Positions 60,824-64,000 of a stretch of DNA of 64,000 nucleotides are shown in pieces; position 1 is the first letter of the stretch, and every line of letters starts with the position of its first letter. A model generated the notes under the pieces. That model worked only from the letters and a program-made list of their open reading frames with translations, did no database searches and had not been told where the DNA came from. The DNA is from Trichosphaerium sp. ATCC 40318 (lineage: Eukaryota > Protista > Tubulinea). Position numbers and translations under genes: made by a program. The stretch covers positions 186,001 through 250,000 of the forward strand of contig JALMLS010000138.1 in assembly GCA_038496445.1 (NCBI GenBank), given 5' to 3'.

Positions 60824-62453
60824 ATGGCAGAACCACAAACTTCAGAGGTTAATTTACAATATGTTAACCGTTTGGCCACTGGCGACAAACATTCAATGGT
60901 AATCGCAGACGATGGCTTTGTTTACACGTGGGGAGGAAACGATGACCGCCAATTGGGTAACACAGACGAAGAAAAGAGTTCTATCGCAAGACCAATAAAG
61001 TCACCCATAAATATCGTCTGTATTGCTGCTGGATACGAACATAGCCTTGTACTTGATTCAAACGGTATTGTGTATTCATGGGGCAATAATAACAATGGAC
61101 AATTGGGTTTGGGTCACTTCTTGTCGCCTGTTTCGTCACCAACACGTGTTCCAAATCTCAAAAATATCATGAAAGTCACTGCCTATGATGTGAGCATGGC
61201 GTTATCACAATCAGGTAATGTCTACTCTTGGGGAGACAACAAATGTCGTGGATTGGGTCATTCATTCGACAAGGAGAAAGTTTCATCACCAGCGGTGATT
61301 CCTCATCTTGAAAATGTTCAAAAAATTGAAACAAATTGTTATGTAAGTGGAGCAATGACATCAACAGGTCATGTCTTTCTTTGGGGAACAACATTTGATG
61401 AAGCGATAGATAAATCATTATTCTTGAATCCAAAGACAATTTCACGTGTTCCAAGCATTGAAGATGCCACCGATATTGCCATTGGTCATAAACATGTGCT
61501 TGTTCTCCTCAAGTCAGGACAAGTATTTTCTTTTGGACGCAACTGGTATGGGCGTCTTGGGTTGAATGTTCGTCGTGACAAGGACGGCCAAGGTATCATC
61601 AAAGGACTGAATAACATTGTATCTGTCCATGCTGGTCTTTGGTCATCATTTGCGATTGATGATGAAGGTTGTTTGTTTGGTTGGGGTCAAGTGGAATGGA
61701 TTGATTTGTTTGAATCAAACAAACCATTAAAATTACCTGGAAAATATCTTGCGTTTGCAACTAAACGATGCCATTACTTGGCAATATCTCTTGATTTCAG
61801 ATTGGTTACAGGAGGTCGTAATTATTATGGAATAGCCGAACCACAAAAATTGATGTTCAAAAACCACAAAAAGGTACTCAAATCATTTATTGTCAATGTG
61901 ATGTGCAAACTGTTTGTTTAGGTAATCCAAACTCAAATGAACACTTCAGAAGAGATACGCAAAGAGTTGAAACAAGACCCAATATTACCACAAAAGTCAT
62001 GTATCAACAAACCAGATGTGTCTTTTGTTGACAACAAGGTACTGACAGTGAGATCTTCAGTATTAGTTTTTATTTACAATTTGTACTTTTAAGGGTGCAC
62101 CTATTGGACATGATTTATCAAGTACTGAATCATCTCCACAATTACCTAATGTAGATGTATTGAAAACTGTATGAATTATGTATTGCATTTGTTTGACTAA
62201 CACTTCATATATCTAGAATCCGATGCCAAGAACACCCGAAAGAAAAGAAAAATCAAGTACTCAAATTGAGTGGGCGAGTGTTTTGATATCAGCAGGGCTT
62301 GGCAAGTCAAGAGCACAACATTTTGGATCGAAAATGAATCGTGCGTGTTTTGAATTGAATGATGTCACAGGCAAGGTTATGAAAAGACTTGGATTCGATC
62401 CTTTAGAGCGTCTTGACTTTATTGAGTACCAAGACAAACAACTGCAATTGTGA
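60824..62453 (+). CDS. RCC1-repeat beta-propeller protein with C-terminal SAM-like domain
   Basis: RCC1 repeats (IAAGYEHSLVLDSNGIVYSWGNNNNGQLGLG etc.). Downstream exons end EWASVLISAGLGKSRAQHFGSKMNRACFELNDVTGKVMKRLGF. Confidence 0.85.
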
Positions 62454-62556
62454 ACATGTTGTTGAAATAAATATAGTCTATTTAGTATATGCCAGTTTTG
62501 TTAAAGCGATAGCAGCGGTCTGATTGTATTATCTTGTATCATATGATATTATTTGA

Positions 62557-63088
62557 CTACAAGGTGGACGCATACGATATCTTCAGTAAATGCCTTAACA
62601 CCTCAGTGACAAGAGGCAACAAAACTCGCTGCACTGCATACAACAATCCGTGATTTCTGATAAAAATTCGAAGCCATGTATCACTAAAGATGTAGTATAA
62701 TACCAATCCTAAACACATGGGTTTCTTTGCGCCATGTGTATAGTCAGCAAATGCAATTGCAAATAAATAGGCATTGAAACAAGTCAATAGAATGAAAAGA
62801 GTGCTTGGTTCATCAGTTGAAGGTGGATTGGACATCATTGGGAGATGATACCGGTGCTTCTATTGGTGGAGATATTAGTGGTGTTGTTGGAACAACCCGT
62901 TGTCGGTAGTGTTATTTTGTGAGGCCAATAAAACAGTTGTAAATATACTAGTATGTTGCCATTGTATTCATCGGTTATTGTTGCTTTGGTACCTGGCTTA
63001 CAGTAGCTTTAACCTTCAGAACAATTGTTCGCAATGGTATGAGACACCATGAGTAGAACGAGAAATAGAGAAATATCAATGATCATCA
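62557..63088 (-). CDS. Small putative membrane protein, possibly frameshifted
   Basis: Signal-like MIIDISLFLVLLMVSH, P-rich segment VVPTTPLISPPIEAPVSS in one frame, and the hydrophobic ORF 62557-62838 in another. Confidence 0.35.
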
Positions 63089-63656
63089 TCAGAAAGAGTT
63101 GTTGTTGCGCTTGTTGTTGATTTGAAATTTTAATCAATCTCGTCTAAGTGGAGCAATATGCAACGTGGAAGAGAACGTCTGTCTTGTTTGTGTAGTTGGC
63201 CTCGGCGTGATGTTTTGTTAAGAGTTACTATTATTTGAAGAAGTTACTTTGCAATTATGTGTTGTATACCACTGTTTGGTCATAAGAAAGATCAATCTTC
63301 TTACGGCTCAATAGGAAGTTGCAACTTGTTGGTTTATAGCCAAATTTTATTTTTTCACAAGTAGTTAGAATAGTTAAAATTAAGGACGACCAATACGGGA
63401 TGCACGTTTTAGGGCTTTGATACCTTCATCAGTTACTAAAGTGTAACGTTACAATTAAATTGTATGTCGCGTGATAATACACATTTTTAGTATGTCGCTT
63501 TTGGTGGTTGTGTGATCTTGTTTTTTAGTGTAGAAATAAATTCAAACTGGTAATACGGTTTTATTCTAAGACTTCAGCTTGATAAAAATCTTACAGGTCG
63601 CCTTTGGTAAGACATTTGCTACTCTTGATAGATGGATTTATTCAAATTGACAATGA

Positions 63657-64000
63657 TTATTCGATGGTGCTGGCAAACTCAAAGAAAGCTTTGTGTGCTT
63701 CTTTGTACACAGGATCTTTCTTGACTTTTTTGAACAAAGAAGCAATCTTTTTAGGAAGAGCTTCCTTGTATCCAGTACCAATAGCTTGAGCAAGAGAAAC
63801 ACAAAGAGTATAATCAGCCATGGATACAGAGTATCCAACCAAGAAACGTGAGTTCTTGAAGTAGTTCTTTTCATAGAACGCTAGCTAAACAGACGGTAAG
63901 AAAGAAAAAGGAAACACAACAACAAGGTTGGTAAAAATATACCTCAGCTTGTAGTTTATCAGTGATCTCTTTCAGCTTTTTAGGACATGACTCTCTTGGA
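63657..64000 (-). CDS. Glutathione S-transferase, C-terminal domain (theta-like); 5' part outside window
   Basis: LQAE|LAFYEKNYFKNSRFLVGYSVSMADYTL carries the GST N-capping motif (FLxG..S.AD). Confidence 0.75.

Noticed and set aside
1-64000. Stop-codon reassignment as the cause of fragmented ORFs
   Set aside because: In the conserved genes (talin, eIF2-gamma, COMMD2, GH3) the in-frame stops I examined fall inside removable introns, and genes end in TAA, TAG or TGA.

Overview
Compact, AT-rich eukaryotic genomic DNA with short (mostly 35-120 nt) spliceosomal introns and the standard genetic code. It is most likely an amoebozoan or other Amorphea protist: talin, a Zn2Cys6 factor, COMMD2 and FAS1 surface proteins occur together. 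About 23 genes can be reconstructed by manual splicing. Recognisable ones are talin, COMMD2, eIF2-gamma, a ricin-GH3 beta-xylosidase, a histidine phosphatase, a four-EF-hand protein, vWA, a YbhB/YbcL-type PEBP, a 2OG-Fe(II) oxygenase, a Zn2Cys6 transcription factor, an RCC1 protein and a partial GST. There are also several Pro/Thr-rich surface proteins. Most notable: (1) an apparently active MacroD hydrolase fused to a PARG domain lacking the GGG...QEE catalytic signature; (2) an inverted pair of Cys-rich surface genes with identical introns, variable exon patches, one unshared intron and TM versus GPI-like anchors; (3) a secreted mosaic protein carrying a leishmanolysin-like domain without HExxH; (4) ten non-coding copies of the palindrome TCACGTGA; (5) GC-AG introns. 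No rRNA, tRNA, CRISPR or transposase was recognised. Family assignments come from recalled motifs, not database searches, and gene ends were placed by manual splicing.
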